Origin: Nitrososphaerota archaeon
GTDB taxonomy: Archaea; Thermoproteota; Nitrososphaeria; PSMU01
Assembly: GCA_040290255.1 (NCBI GenBank)
Contig: PSMU01000001.1
Location: forward strand, 198,723 to 262,722
Length of the DNA: 64,000 nt
Reading direction: 5' to 3'
This document shows positions 47,036-55,973 of the stretch, in pieces. The notes under the pieces were generated by a model. It worked only from the letters and a program-made list of their open reading frames with translations. It had not been told where the DNA came from and ran no database searches. Position 1 is the first letter of the stretch; every line of letters starts with the position of its first letter. Both the position numbers and the translations under genes were made by a program.

Positions 47036-47304
47036 AGCGGCAGGAGGAGCAGCGCCACCAGGGCCACCGAGAGGGCTGAGAGCAGCGAGAGGCCTATGAG
47101 CGCCCTCCAGAAGGCCGAGGGGCTGGGCACGCCGCCCTTAAGCAGGGCCCCGGGCAGGAAGATCAGGCCGAGCAGCATTATGTATAGCGAGAGCGCCTCC
47201 AGCCCCGCATATCTGTACATGCCTGGGTAGAAGAACATGAGCAAGAGGCCCGAAAAGCCCAGGAGGATCATGCCGACCGAGGCGTAAAGCAGCCCCTTGT
47301 CCAC
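47032..47304 (-). CDS. small hydrophobic membrane protein (~90 aa)
   Basis: C-terminal part of track ORF 47032..47493 has two or three TM segments; GTG 47304 or ATG 47271 lies downstream of TATAAG boxes; upstream part is Arg/Gly-rich. Confidence 0.3.
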   Translation of the reverse strand: MDKGLLYASVGMILLGFSGLLLMFFYPGMYRYAGLEALSLYIMLLGLIFLPGALLKGGVPSPSAFWRALIGLSLLSALSVALVALLLLPL

Positions 47305-47373
47305 GCCGCGCGCTCCTCCCCTCCTTGCTATAAGTCTATAAGAGAGCCGGCCCCGCGCAGGGCGAGGCCTGGG
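47305..47373. promoter_or_regulatory. divergent promoter with tandem TATAAG elements
   Basis: gctataagtctataagagagcc between the small membrane protein gene and ctaB. Confidence 0.35.
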
Positions 47374-48255
47374 ATGCTGGAGGGGAGCCAAGGGGGCGCG
47401 GCCAGGGCCTATGCCTCCCTCGCAAAGCCGGGCATCATCTCGCTCCTGGTCTTCACCGCCCTCGCGAGCAGCTTCGTGGCCTCCTGGCCCCACCTGAGCC
47501 CCCTCCCGCTCCTGGCCCTCGCCCTCGCGGGGGCCCTGAGCTCCGGGGGCTGCATGGCCATCAATGACTATGTGGACCGGGAAAGGGATAGGCGGGTGCC
47601 CTGGCTGCAGAAGAGGCGGCCGCTCCCGGCGGGCCTCCTGAAGCCCGACCGGGCGCTCTACTTTGGCCTCGCGCTGCTGGGCATGGGCCTAATCACGGCC
47701 TTCGCCCTCCTCCCGCTGCCCTCCGCGCTCTTCGTGCTGGCGGGGGCCGTGATCTACCTGCCGCTGTACACGCTTTACCTGAAGCCCAGGCACTGGTCGA
47801 ACATAGTGATAGGAGGCGCGGCGGGCAGCATGGCCTCGCTGGCCGGCTGGGCGCTCTCCTCGCCGCTGGATCTGCGCGCGCTTTCGCTCGCGCTGCTCGT
47901 CTTCCTCTGGACGCCCGGCCACTTCTGGAGCCTCTCGCTGGCCTTCAGGGGGGACTATGCGCGGGCCGGGATACCCATGCTAACGGACCTGCTTACGGAG
48001 AGGGGCGCGGCGCTGGTGGTCTTCGCCAACGTGGCGCTGACGGTGGCCGCCTCGCTCGCGCTCTTCTTCTGGTGGACCACGGCCGTATATCTGGTCCCGG
48101 CCGCCCTCTTCGGGGCCCTCGTGCTGCTCAGGGCCCGGGCGCTGCTCTCCGAGAACAGCAGGGCCGCGCGCCTCAGGGCCTTCAGGTATGCTACGCTTCA
48201 TCTTTACGTGCTCTGGTTCCTGCTCATCTTGGATAAGGTCGCGAACTTTATCTAG
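47374..48255 (+). CDS. ctaB: protoheme IX farnesyltransferase (heme O synthase), UbiA family
   Basis: NDYVDRERDRRVPWLQKRRPLPAG and RGDYARAGIPML motifs. Confidence 0.85.
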   Translation: MLEGSQGGAARAYASLAKPGIISLLVFTALASSFVASWPHLSPLPLLALALAGALSSGGCMAINDYVDRERDRRVPWLQKRRPLPAGLLKPDRALYFGLALLGMGLITAFALLPLPSALFVLAGAVIYLPLYTLYLKPRHWSNIVIGGAAGSMASLAGWALSSPLDLRALSLALLVFLWTPGHFWSLSLAFRGDYARAGIPMLTDLLTERGAALVVFANVALTVAASLALFFWWTTAVYLVPAALFGALVLLRARALLSENSRAARLRAFRYATLHLYVLWFLLILDKVANFI

Positions 48256-48276
48256 AGGAGGCGATGAGGCCGTGGC

Positions 48277-48756
48277 ATGGCCCTCCAAGAGGGAGACCTG
48301 GCCCCCGACTTCGAGCTGCCCGATGAGCGGGGGAGGCCCATAAGGCTCTCCTCCTTCAGGGGGAGGAAGGTCGTGCTCTACTTCTATCCCAAGGATGACA
48401 CGCCGGGGTGCACGAAGGAGGCCTGCGCCTTCAGGGACCGCCTGCCGCTCCTTGAGGCGAGGGGGGCCCTCGTGCTGGGCGTGAGCACGGATGATGAGGC
48501 ATCCCATGCCCGCTTCAAGGACAAGTACTCGCTGCCCTTTCCGCTGCTCGCCGACAAGGAGGCCAAGGTCTCGAGGCTCTATGGCGTTTACAAGCTCAGG
48601 AGCTTCGGGGGCAGGAGCTTCTGGGGCATAGAGCGCACGACCTTCATCATAGATGAGAACGGAAGGATAGCGAAGGTCTTCCCAAGGGTGAACGTGGACG
48701 GGCACGTGGAGGAGGTGCTGGCCGCGCTAGGGGCCACAAATGAGCAGCCCTTATGA
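48277..48756 (+). CDS. bcp: peroxiredoxin (Bcp-type thiol peroxidase)
   Basis: [11 protein letters not shown] ... [23 protein letters not shown]. Confidence 0.9.
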   Translation: MALQEGDLAPDFELPDERGRPIRLSSFRGRKVVLYFYPKDDTPGCTKEACAFRDRLPLLEARGALVLGVSTDDEASHARFKDKYSLPFPLLADKEAKVSRLYGVYKLRSFGGRSFWGIERTTFIIDENGRIAKVFPRVNVDGHVEEVLAALGATNEQPL

Positions 48757-48925
48757 AGAGTATCTGGAGCGGAGGATAAAGGAAAGGGAGGCCCTGCTGG
48801 ACGGCCCCGAGAGCTCGGTGGGAAGGGCCAGAAGGCAGGAGCTGGAGAAGGAGCTGGCCTTCCTCAAGGCAGAGCTGGAGCGTTATAGGAAGGGCCTGAA
48901 GGCGCTGAGGAGGGAGGAGGGATAG
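48740..48925 (+). CDS. small predicted coiled-coil protein (61 aa)
   Basis: Charged heptad-like sequence ([15 protein letters not shown] ... [23 protein letters not shown]); could also be non-coding. Confidence 0.25.
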   Translation: MSSPYEEYLERRIKEREALLDGPESSVGRARRQELEKELAFLKAELERYRKGLKALRREEG

Positions 48926-48928
48926 CCC

Positions 48929-49732
48929 GTGGCGCGGGCCGCGCCGTATACGCCCAGGACCTACTTCGTTTACCCGCCAGGGCCGCGGGGCCCGCTGCAC
49001 TGCACCATCCTGCCCAAGCTCTCTGAGCGGCAGCTCTCGGCGCTGCTGGTCTTATTGGAGAGCAGGGGGCTCAGGTGTGAGCGCCTGGGTCCCGATGTGG
49101 CGCGCGTGAGAAAGGAGGGGCTTTGGTTTAGGCTGGAGCGCTCGGGCATCATGACGGGGTCCGTGGACCCCCTGGAGGCCCTACCCGAGCTCTTCGCGCT
49201 GCTGGGGCGCCTGGCCAAGAGGTGGCGGCCCAGGCCCGAAGCGAAGGGCCCCTTTAGCTCTTGGCGCAACGCCTACCTAAGGCTTCTTCTCTCGGGCCCC
49301 AGGGGCAGGATCGTGCTGAGCCCAAGGCTAGAGGCCCCAGGGGCAGGCTGGAGCAAGAATAGGGAGCGCCACGCCTGCCTGCTGCTGCCCGATGAGCTGC
49401 TGGTGCTGGCCTTCGCCATCAGGGCGGCGAAGCCCAGGGGCGTTGAGCTGCTCAGCCACAGGCCCTTCGCCCGGGCCAGGCCCCTATCGCTCGCTGGCCG
49501 GCTCTACTTCCTCATTAGGTTGAGCGCGGGCCAGGCGCGCCGCTGGCTTGAGCGGCAGGCGCTACACTACCCTGAGGAGGCAAGGCCCCAGCTGCTCCTG
49601 GGCCCCGACCTCTCGCTCCTGCTCTTCTCGCCCAGGCCGTTTGCGCTGACGGGGCGGGGGCTGAGGGGGCTCTGGTACCTTCTGGGCCGCTGGTGCCTGG
49701 ATCCGCAGGCGCTTGCGGGCGAGCTCTCGTAG
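48929..49732 (+). CDS. hypothetical protein (Arg-rich, 267 aa)
   Basis: Longest ORF in an otherwise unassigned 0.8 kb; no family recognised; coding status uncertain in this GC-rich context. Confidence 0.35.
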   Translation: MARAAPYTPRTYFVYPPGPRGPLHCTILPKLSERQLSALLVLLESRGLRCERLGPDVARVRKEGLWFRLERSGIMTGSVDPLEALPELFALLGRLAKRWRPRPEAKGPFSSWRNAYLRLLLSGPRGRIVLSPRLEAPGAGWSKNRERHACLLLPDELLVLAFAIRAAKPRGVELLSHRPFARARPLSLAGRLYFLIRLSAGQARRWLERQALHYPEEARPQLLLGPDLSLLLFSPRPFALTGRGLRGLWYLLGRWCLDPQALAGELS

Positions 49733-49746
49733 CCATCAACAGGACG

Positions 49747-49839
49747 TGCTCCGGGCGGGAGTTCCATGGCGCGCCACTTTGAACCCGCGATCTGCGGCTC
49801 GAAAGGCCGCTATGCTTGACCGGGCTACACCACCGGAGC
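49747..49839 (-). tRNA. tRNA-Glu (TTC) with a ~17 nt insertion (putative intron) in the T-loop
   Basis: Minus strand: GCTCCGG-TG-GTGT-AGCCCGGTCAA-GCAT-A-GCGGC-CTTTCGA-GCCGC-AGATC-GCGGG-TTCAAA[gtggcgcgccatggaac]T-CCCGC-CCGGAGC-A; exons resemble archaeal tRNA-Glu. Confidence 0.6.
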
Positions 49840-49917
49840 GGTGGCACGGGCGTCGCGAGGGCTTAAAAGCGTTAAGGCCTGGCGCAAACGAAATAAGAGC
49901 CCCCGCCCACCAAGGGC

Positions 49918-50019
49918 GGGCCCGTAGCTCAGCCTGGCAGAGCGACCGGCTCATAGCCTGCTGGGAGACCGGTCGGTCGTGGGATCGAAAGGCCTAGCTC
50001 GAGGAGCCCACCGGGCCCA
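49918..50019 (+). tRNA. tRNA with CAT anticodon (elongator Met or Ile2), 12 nt canonical-position intron plus ~16 nt T-arm insertion
   Basis: GGGCCCG-TA-GCTC-AGCCTGGCA-GAGC-G-ACCGG-CTCATA[gcctgctgggag]A-CCGGT-CGGTC-GTGGG-(23 nt)-CCCAC-CGGGCCC-A; T-loop residue 54 would be A in any splice model; 3' end overlaps the stop region of the convergent CDS. Confidence 0.5.
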
Positions 50020-51661
50020 CCTTCTTGAGCTCCTCCTCCAGCGCCGCGAGCTGCCGCTCGCCCCGCCTTAGGCCCGCCTCGAGCTCCCTCCTGAAGGCCT
50101 CGCCCCTTATGAGGCCCTGGCCTCCCCTCCTGAGCAGGGAGATCAGGTCCCTGATGGCCTTCTCCTCCTGGCGCTCCTGGGCCAGCGCCGCCCTGTAGCC
50201 CTTTAGCTCCGGCATCGCCCCCAGGGCCTCCCTGAGCTCCTCGAGCCTCCTCAGCAGCGCCTCACGCCTGGGAGCCAGCTGGGAGTAGAGCTCCAGCAGC
50301 TCGGGGGCCGGGGCGCCCTTGGCCGAGGAGCTAGCCAGCGCGGTGAGGAGCCCACGGTCGAGCTTGGCGCGCTCCTTTAGCAGCGAGAGCAGGAGCTCGG
50401 CCCTTCTCAGGGGGCTCTCCTCCCTTATCACGCGGCCCAGGGCCAGGTGGATGCCCCAGAGGGCCACCAGGATGAGCGCCCAGAGCCCCTGCAGCTGAGA
50501 GGCGGGCGAGGCCAAGCCGGGCTGCAGGAGCAGCGGCGCCGTCTCCATAACGGCGAGCGGCGAGAGCCCCTGTAGCGAGAGGCCCGCGGAGCGCGAGGCC
50601 CAGGCCGGGGCTACGGCCAACGTGAAGTTATCGACGATGCCCTGCACGGGGCTAAAGGCCAGCCCCTTGGCGCTAAAGCCCCAGGGCGTGGGCGTGAAGA
50701 GCGAGGGCGAGTAATAGTGGAGGGTCAGCCGCTCGCTGCTGCCCGGCGCTATGCTTCTGCCCAGCGCTGCCAGGTCCAGCTCCCCCTGGGTGAGCGAGGC
50801 GGAGGCCGAGGAGCCGGGGATGGGGCCCGGGGGCGCCGGCAGGTAAAGCGTCGCCACGTCCGGCGGGAGGTTAAGAGGGAGGCTGGTGAGCGTGGTCCCG
50901 CCGAGGTTTTGGATCAGGATCACATCCTCGATGAAGGGCTGCGCGGTGCCGTTGAGCTGCACCTTCCTTATCACCTCAGGAAAGCGCAGCGCGCTCAGGC
51001 GCGCGCCGCTTCCCAGCTGCAGCGTAAGGTTGTAGAGCCTGGGCTCAAGGAGCCTCGCGGCCCCCGTTGAGTTCGAGTACACGCTGCCCGAGGGCAGCTG
51101 GCTCACCTTCGTGAAGTTGACGCCGAGCGCGCTCACGCCCTGGGGCAGGGCCAGGGAGAGCGTAAAGTTCCTCAGCTCCAGGCCCGGGGAGAGGGAGGGC
51201 AGCGGCAGCGCTAGGCTCATGTTCTGCCCGCCCAGGGGGCGCAGCAGCCCCCCTGCCCCCCTAAGGAAGAAGCTCAGGCTCACGGACTCATTGGCCGAGG
51301 GGGGGAGCAGCCCCGGCCCCGGCCGAAGCGCTATGGGGCCCCCCGCTTGGGCGCTCACGTTAACGGGCACGGGCCCTCGCACGCTGAACGACCAGCTCAG
51401 GGGGCCGGGCGGCAGGGCGGCGCTGAAGGCCTCAGGAAGGCGCAGCTCCAGCGAGGGAATGGGGGCGGACGCGTTCGAGGGGGCCAGAAAGGCCATCGTC
51501 ACGTTCAGGCGCACGAAGCCGGTGGGCAGCACCTGGTAGGCCAGGGTGAGCGAGACGCCGGGTTCGCCGCCCTGGGCGGAGGCGGGGGCCAGCAGCGCGA
51601 GGAGCAGCAGCAAGGAAAGGAGGGGAGAGCAGCGGGCCACGCCGCCCCTTTGCGCCCTCAT
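49994..51661 (-). CDS. membrane-anchored extracellular glycoprotein with cytoplasmic coiled-coil tail
   Basis: Signal peptide (LLSLLLLLALLAPASA), at least ten N-x-S/T sequons in a ~390 aa ectodomain, one TM helix (LWALILVALWGIHLAL), ~150 aa charged helical C-terminus. Confidence 0.65.
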   Translation of the reverse strand: MRAQRGGVARCSPLLSLLLLLALLAPASAQGGEPGVSLTLAYQVLPTGFVRLNVTMAFLAPSNASAPIPSLELRLPEAFSAALPPGPLSWSFSVRGPVPVNVSAQAGGPIALRPGPGLLPPSANESVSLSFFLRGAGGLLRPLGGQNMSLALPLPSLSPGLELRNFTLSLALPQGVSALGVNFTKVSQLPSGSVYSNSTGAARLLEPRLYNLTLQLGSGARLSALRFPEVIRKVQLNGTAQPFIEDVILIQNLGGTTLTSLPLNLPPDVATLYLPAPPGPIPGSSASASLTQGELDLAALGRSIAPGSSERLTLHYYSPSLFTPTPWGFSAKGLAFSPVQGIVDNFTLAVAPAWASRSAGLSLQGLSPLAVMETAPLLLQPGLASPASQLQGLWALILVALWGIHLALGRVIREESPLRRAELLLSLLKERAKLDRGLLTALASSSAKGAPAPELLELYSQLAPRREALLRRLEELREALGAMPELKGYRAALAQERQEEKAIRDLISLLRRGGQGLIRGEAFRRELEAGLRRGERQLAALEEELKKVGPVGSSS

Positions 51662-51668
51662 AATTAAG

Positions 51669-53180
51669 CTAGCCCTCCGCCTTGGGCTCGAGGGCCCTGA
51701 GCTGCCTCCAGGTGACGCAGAGCGTGAGCGGGTGCGAGGCCCTCACCTCATCCACCCTTTGGGCCGCGGCGTTATGAGGGGCCCTGCGAAGGGTTGAGGC
51801 CCTCTCCTTACAGGCGGCGATCAGGGCCTCCGCGAAGGCGTCCAGCTCCTCCTTTGTGGCCGACTCCGTGGGCTCTATCATGAGGGCCTCCTCCACGATC
51901 TGCGGGAAGTACACGGTGGGCGCGTGGTGGCCGTAGTCCAGCAGCCTCTTGGCCAGGTCCCAGGCCCTGACCCCCCTCTTCCTGAGCCTGGCGCTGGGCG
52001 CTATTACGAACTCGTGCTTCCTGTGCTTCTCGGGCCTGTAGGGAAGCTCGAAGTAGCCGGACCGAAGCAGCCTCCTGAGCAGGTAGTTGGAGTGCAGGAC
52101 CGAGAGCTCGGCGACCCTCCTTAGCCCCGCCGCGCCCAGCGATAGGATATACGCATAGGCCCTGACGAGCACGGGGATCTGGCCGTAAAAGGCCCTCGCC
52201 CTCCCTATGCTCAGCGGCCGATCGTAATCCAGGAAGTAGCGCCTCCCGTCGAAGGCTATCAGAGGCGCGGGCAGATAGGGCTCGAGCTGGGCGCTCACCC
52301 CTAGGGGCCCCGCGCCAGGCCCCCCTCCTCCATGAGGGGTCGAGAAGGTCTTGTGCAGGTTCACGTGCACGATATCGAAGCCCATGTCGGCCGGGCGGGC
52401 GATGCCCAGGAGGCTGTTAAGGTTCGCCCCATCGTAATAAAGCAGCCCGCCCGCCTCATGTATTATATCGGCTATCTCCGAGATCCTCCGCTCGAAGATC
52501 CCCAACGTGTTCGGGTTCGTGAGCATGAGCCCCGCCGTCCTGGGGCCCACGGCCGCCTTCAGGGCCTCCACGTCCACGCAGCCCTCCTCATCCGAGCGAA
52601 TGACCCTGACCCTGAACCCCGCGAGGCTCGCGCTCGCGAAGTTCGAGCCGTGCGCGCTATCGGGCACCAGGACCTCCTGCCTCTCCTCTCCCCTCCTCCT
52701 GAAGAAGGCCCTCATGATGCTCACGCCGCAGAACTCGCCGCTGGAGCCCGCGGGGGGCTGGAGCGAGAAGCGCGCCATGCCCGTGATCTCGCACAGCATC
52801 TGCTCCAGCTCATAAAGGAGCGCCAGCAGCCCCTGCACGCTCTCCTCCGCCTGATAGGGGTGAAGCTCCCGCAGCGCCTCCAGCGCTGCCAGCGCATCGT
52901 TCACCTTCGGGTTGTACTTCATCGTGCAGCTGCCGAGCGGGTAGAAGCCTAGGTCGACGCCGTAGCTCTGCTGGGAGAGGCGCGTGAAGTGGCGCACGAC
53001 CTCGTGCTGGCTCAGGGAGGGGAGAGGAAGCTCCTCCCGCCTCAGCCCCGAGAGCTCCCGCTCGACCCCCTTGAGCGCCTCGCGCTCCTGAGGCGTGAGC
53101 TCCGGCAGCAGGAGGCCTATCTTGCCCGTGCCGCTGCGCTCGATCAGCAGGGGCTCCTCCCAGCGGGCCTGCCTAAACAT
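51669..53180 (-). CDS. gcvPB: glycine dehydrogenase (decarboxylating) subunit 2
   Basis: GcvPB pattern; start trimmed to ATG 53180, which overlaps the gcvPA stop. Confidence 0.9.
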   Translation of the reverse strand: MFRQARWEEPLLIERSGTGKIGLLLPELTPQEREALKGVERELSGLRREELPLPSLSQHEVVRHFTRLSQQSYGVDLGFYPLGSCTMKYNPKVNDALAALEALRELHPYQAEESVQGLLALLYELEQMLCEITGMARFSLQPPAGSSGEFCGVSIMRAFFRRRGEERQEVLVPDSAHGSNFASASLAGFRVRVIRSDEEGCVDVEALKAAVGPRTAGLMLTNPNTLGIFERRISEIADIIHEAGGLLYYDGANLNSLLGIARPADMGFDIVHVNLHKTFSTPHGGGGPGAGPLGVSAQLEPYLPAPLIAFDGRRYFLDYDRPLSIGRARAFYGQIPVLVRAYAYILSLGAAGLRRVAELSVLHSNYLLRRLLRSGYFELPYRPEKHRKHEFVIAPSARLRKRGVRAWDLAKRLLDYGHHAPTVYFPQIVEEALMIEPTESATKEELDAFAEALIAACKERASTLRRAPHNAAAQRVDEVRASHPLTLCVTWRQLRALEPKAEG

Positions 53181-54555
53181 GGCGCAGCGCCCCCTCGAGG
53201 GCCTTGCAGAGCTCATCTATGTCCTGCACCTCATGCACCTCCGTGACGCAGAAGAGGCCGGCCTCGCCCAGCTCGGGGTACAGGTGCGCCAGCGGGAGCC
53301 CCGCCTCGAAGCCCGCCTCGTTCAGCGTACGCCTCACCCGCGCGGCGCTGCCGCGCTCATATCCCACAGCGAAGTCCTTGAAGTGGGGAGCGCGAAAGAG
53401 CGGCGCCCTGAGCCCCTCGATGCCGGCCATCCGGCCCAACGCATAGGAGGTCCTGGCGAGGATGAGCTCGGCTAACCTGCGCAGCCCCTCCCTTCCCAGC
53501 AGGGCCAGGTAGGCCGCGGCGGCTATGGCGTAGAGGGCCTGGTTGGTCGTGATGTTCGAGGTGGCCCTCTCGCGCCTAATGTGCTGCTCCCTGGCCTGCA
53601 GGACGAGCGTGAAGGCGCGCCGACCCCCTGCATCCAGCGTGGCGCCCACGATCCTGCCCGGCATCTGCCTGAGCAGCTCCTGGCCGCGGCAGGCCATAAG
53701 GCCGAGCAGCGCGCCGCCGTAGTACATGCCCAGCCCCAGGGGTTGCCCCTCGCCCACGGCGATGTCGGCCCCCAGCTCGCCGGGGGGCTTCAGCAGCGCC
53801 AGCGAGAGCGGCTCGAAGCCCATCACGTAAAGCGCCCCCCTGGCATGGGCGAGCTCGCCCACTTCGCGCGGGTTCCTCGCGATGAACCCCAGAAAGCTGG
53901 GGCTCTCCAGGTAGACGAAGGCCGTATCGGCATCGAGCTTAGAGGCCAGGTCCTCCAGGTCCGCGGCGCCATCGGCCCGCCATCCGTACTCGTGCACGCT
54001 CATGCCCAGGGGCTCCGCATAGAGCTCGAGCACCCGCCTCCTCTCGGGCCCCATATAGCGGGGCACGAGGGCCTTCCTGCGCCTGGTGTGCCTATAGGCC
54101 ATGCGCGCCGCCTCCCCCAGCGCGGAGGCCCAGTCGTACAGCGAGGAGTTAGCGTACTCCATGCCCGTGAGCTCGCAGATCAGGCTCTGGTACTCGAAGA
54201 GCGCCTGAAGCAGGCCCTGGCTCACCTCCGCCTGATAGGGCGTGTAGGAGGTGAGAAATTCGCCCCTGGCGATGATCTGCTCCACCACGGCGGGCACGTA
54301 GTGCGGCCAGCAGCCCGCGCCCAGGAAGAGCCTGCGCCCAAATGCCCTTGTCCCCTTTAATCGGTCCTCGACCCTTCTCCTAACCTCCAGCTCGCTCAGC
54401 GGGCCCGGCAGGGCCAGGGGCCTCCTGAGCCTGACGCGCTCCGGTATATCTTGGAAGAGCTGCTCGAGCGAGCGGAGCCCCAGCTCGCGTAGCATGAGCT
54501 CCACCAGCTTCGGGTCGGAGGTGGGGAGGTAGGGATGGAGGAACTCGCGCTCCAC
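53173..54555 (-). CDS. gcvPA: glycine dehydrogenase (decarboxylating) subunit 1
   Basis: MEREFLHPYLPTSDPKLVELMLRELGL ... FLTSYTPYQAEVSQG. Confidence 0.9.
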   Translation of the reverse strand: MEREFLHPYLPTSDPKLVELMLRELGLRSLEQLFQDIPERVRLRRPLALPGPLSELEVRRRVEDRLKGTRAFGRRLFLGAGCWPHYVPAVVEQIIARGEFLTSYTPYQAEVSQGLLQALFEYQSLICELTGMEYANSSLYDWASALGEAARMAYRHTRRRKALVPRYMGPERRRVLELYAEPLGMSVHEYGWRADGAADLEDLASKLDADTAFVYLESPSFLGFIARNPREVGELAHARGALYVMGFEPLSLALLKPPGELGADIAVGEGQPLGLGMYYGGALLGLMACRGQELLRQMPGRIVGATLDAGGRRAFTLVLQAREQHIRRERATSNITTNQALYAIAAAAYLALLGREGLRRLAELILARTSYALGRMAGIEGLRAPLFRAPHFKDFAVGYERGSAARVRRTLNEAGFEAGLPLAHLYPELGEAGLFCVTEVHEVQDIDELCKALEGALRHV

Positions 54556-54609
54556 GCGCCGCGTACCCCGCTGAACTTTAAAAGGTAGCCCACCCCGTCG
54601 GAAAGGGCC
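54556..54609. promoter_or_regulatory. divergent promoter region (TTTAAAA box) between gcvPA and mtaB
   Basis: gaactttaaaaggtagc. Confidence 0.3.
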
Positions 54610-55905
54610 TTGCCCAGGGTCTGGGTGGAGAGCTACGGGTGCAGCGCCAACTTGGCCGACGCCGAGATCATGATGGGCCTGCTGCGCGAAAGGGGCTATG
54701 AGCTGGCCTCGAGCCCCGCCGAGGCGGACCTGAACATGATCGTGACCTGCAGCGTGAAGAACGCCACCGCGAGCCGCATGATTACCCGCATCAACGAGCT
54801 CACACGCACCCGCCGGCCCCTGATCGTCGCCGGCTGCCTGGCCAAGGCGGAGCCCGAGCTCGTGGCCAGGCTCAATCCCAGGGCCTCGCTGCTCGGCCCC
54901 AGGACGGTGCAGCGCGTGGGCGAGGTGGCCGACCTCACGAGGGCGGGCTATAAGGTAGTGGCGCTCGAGGCGCTCGCCGAGCCCAAGGTCTGCCTGCCGA
55001 GGGTCAGGACCAACCCCGTCGTGGCCATCGTCGAGATCTTGAGCGGGTGCCTGAGCAGGTGCAGCTTCTGCCAGACCAAGCTGGCCCGGGGCGACCTCGT
55101 CAGCTACTCGCCCGAGCTGATCGTCAGGGAGGTGGAGATGGCCGTGAGGGAGGGATGCAGGGAGATCTGGCTGACCTCCCAGGATAACTCGTGCTATGGC
55201 AGGGACATCGGCACGAACCTAGCGGAGCTCCTCGAAAGGGTCTGCCGCGTGGAGGGCGACTTCATGGTGAGGGTAGGCATGATGAACCCCCTTCATCTGA
55301 GGCGCTTTCTGGGCGAGCTGATAGAGGCCTTTAAGCACGATAAGGTCTACAAGTTCCTACATCTCCCCGTGCAGACGGGCAGCGACCGCCTGCTCAGGCT
55401 CATGAGGAGGGGCTATACGGTCGATGAGTTTCGCGAGTATGTCAGGGCCTTTAGGAGGGAGATACCGCAGATCACGCTGGCCACCGACATCATCGCCGGC
55501 TTCCCCACCGAGGCCGAGGAGGACGTAGCGCTGACGGTCGAGCTGCTGGAGGAGGTGCAGCCCGACGTGGTCAACCTCTCCTCCTACTCGGCCAGGCCCC
55601 ACACGGACGCGGCGCTGCTGCCCCAGCTGCCCAGGGAGGAGGTGAAGAGGAGGACCCGGTTCCTGGCCGAGGTCGCGGGCCGCGTGATGCTGGAGAGAAA
55701 TAGGAGGTGGCTGGGATGGCGGGGCAGGGCGCTCGTGGAGGAGAGGGTTGAGGGGGCCTTCGTGGCGAGGAATTTTGCGTACAGGCCCATCATCGTCAAG
55801 GCGGAAGCTGCCCTGGGCCAAGAGGTGGAGGTGAGCATAGCGCGCGTCACGGCCCACTGCCTTTATGATGAAGGGGCCGCTTCGGGCACTGGTGAAATTA
55901 ATTAG
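54610..55905 (+). CDS. mtaB: tRNA methylthiotransferase (MiaB/MtaB family radical-SAM enzyme)
   Basis: N-terminal MTTase cysteines, radical-SAM CLSRCSFCQTK, C-terminal TRAM-like region. Confidence 0.85.
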   Translation: MPRVWVESYGCSANLADAEIMMGLLRERGYELASSPAEADLNMIVTCSVKNATASRMITRINELTRTRRPLIVAGCLAKAEPELVARLNPRASLLGPRTVQRVGEVADLTRAGYKVVALEALAEPKVCLPRVRTNPVVAIVEILSGCLSRCSFCQTKLARGDLVSYSPELIVREVEMAVREGCREIWLTSQDNSCYGRDIGTNLAELLERVCRVEGDFMVRVGMMNPLHLRRFLGELIEAFKHDKVYKFLHLPVQTGSDRLLRLMRRGYTVDEFREYVRAFRREIPQITLATDIIAGFPTEAEEDVALTVELLEEVQPDVVNLSSYSARPHTDAALLPQLPREEVKRRTRFLAEVAGRVMLERNRRWLGWRGRALVEERVEGAFVARNFAYRPIIVKAEAALGQEVEVSIARVTAHCLYDEGAASGTGEIN

Positions 55906-55973
55906 GTGAGGTGTGAGCGAAAAATTAAGCCCCACGCCTTATAAGCCTCCGCCCGGCCTGGCGGCCTTGCGAT

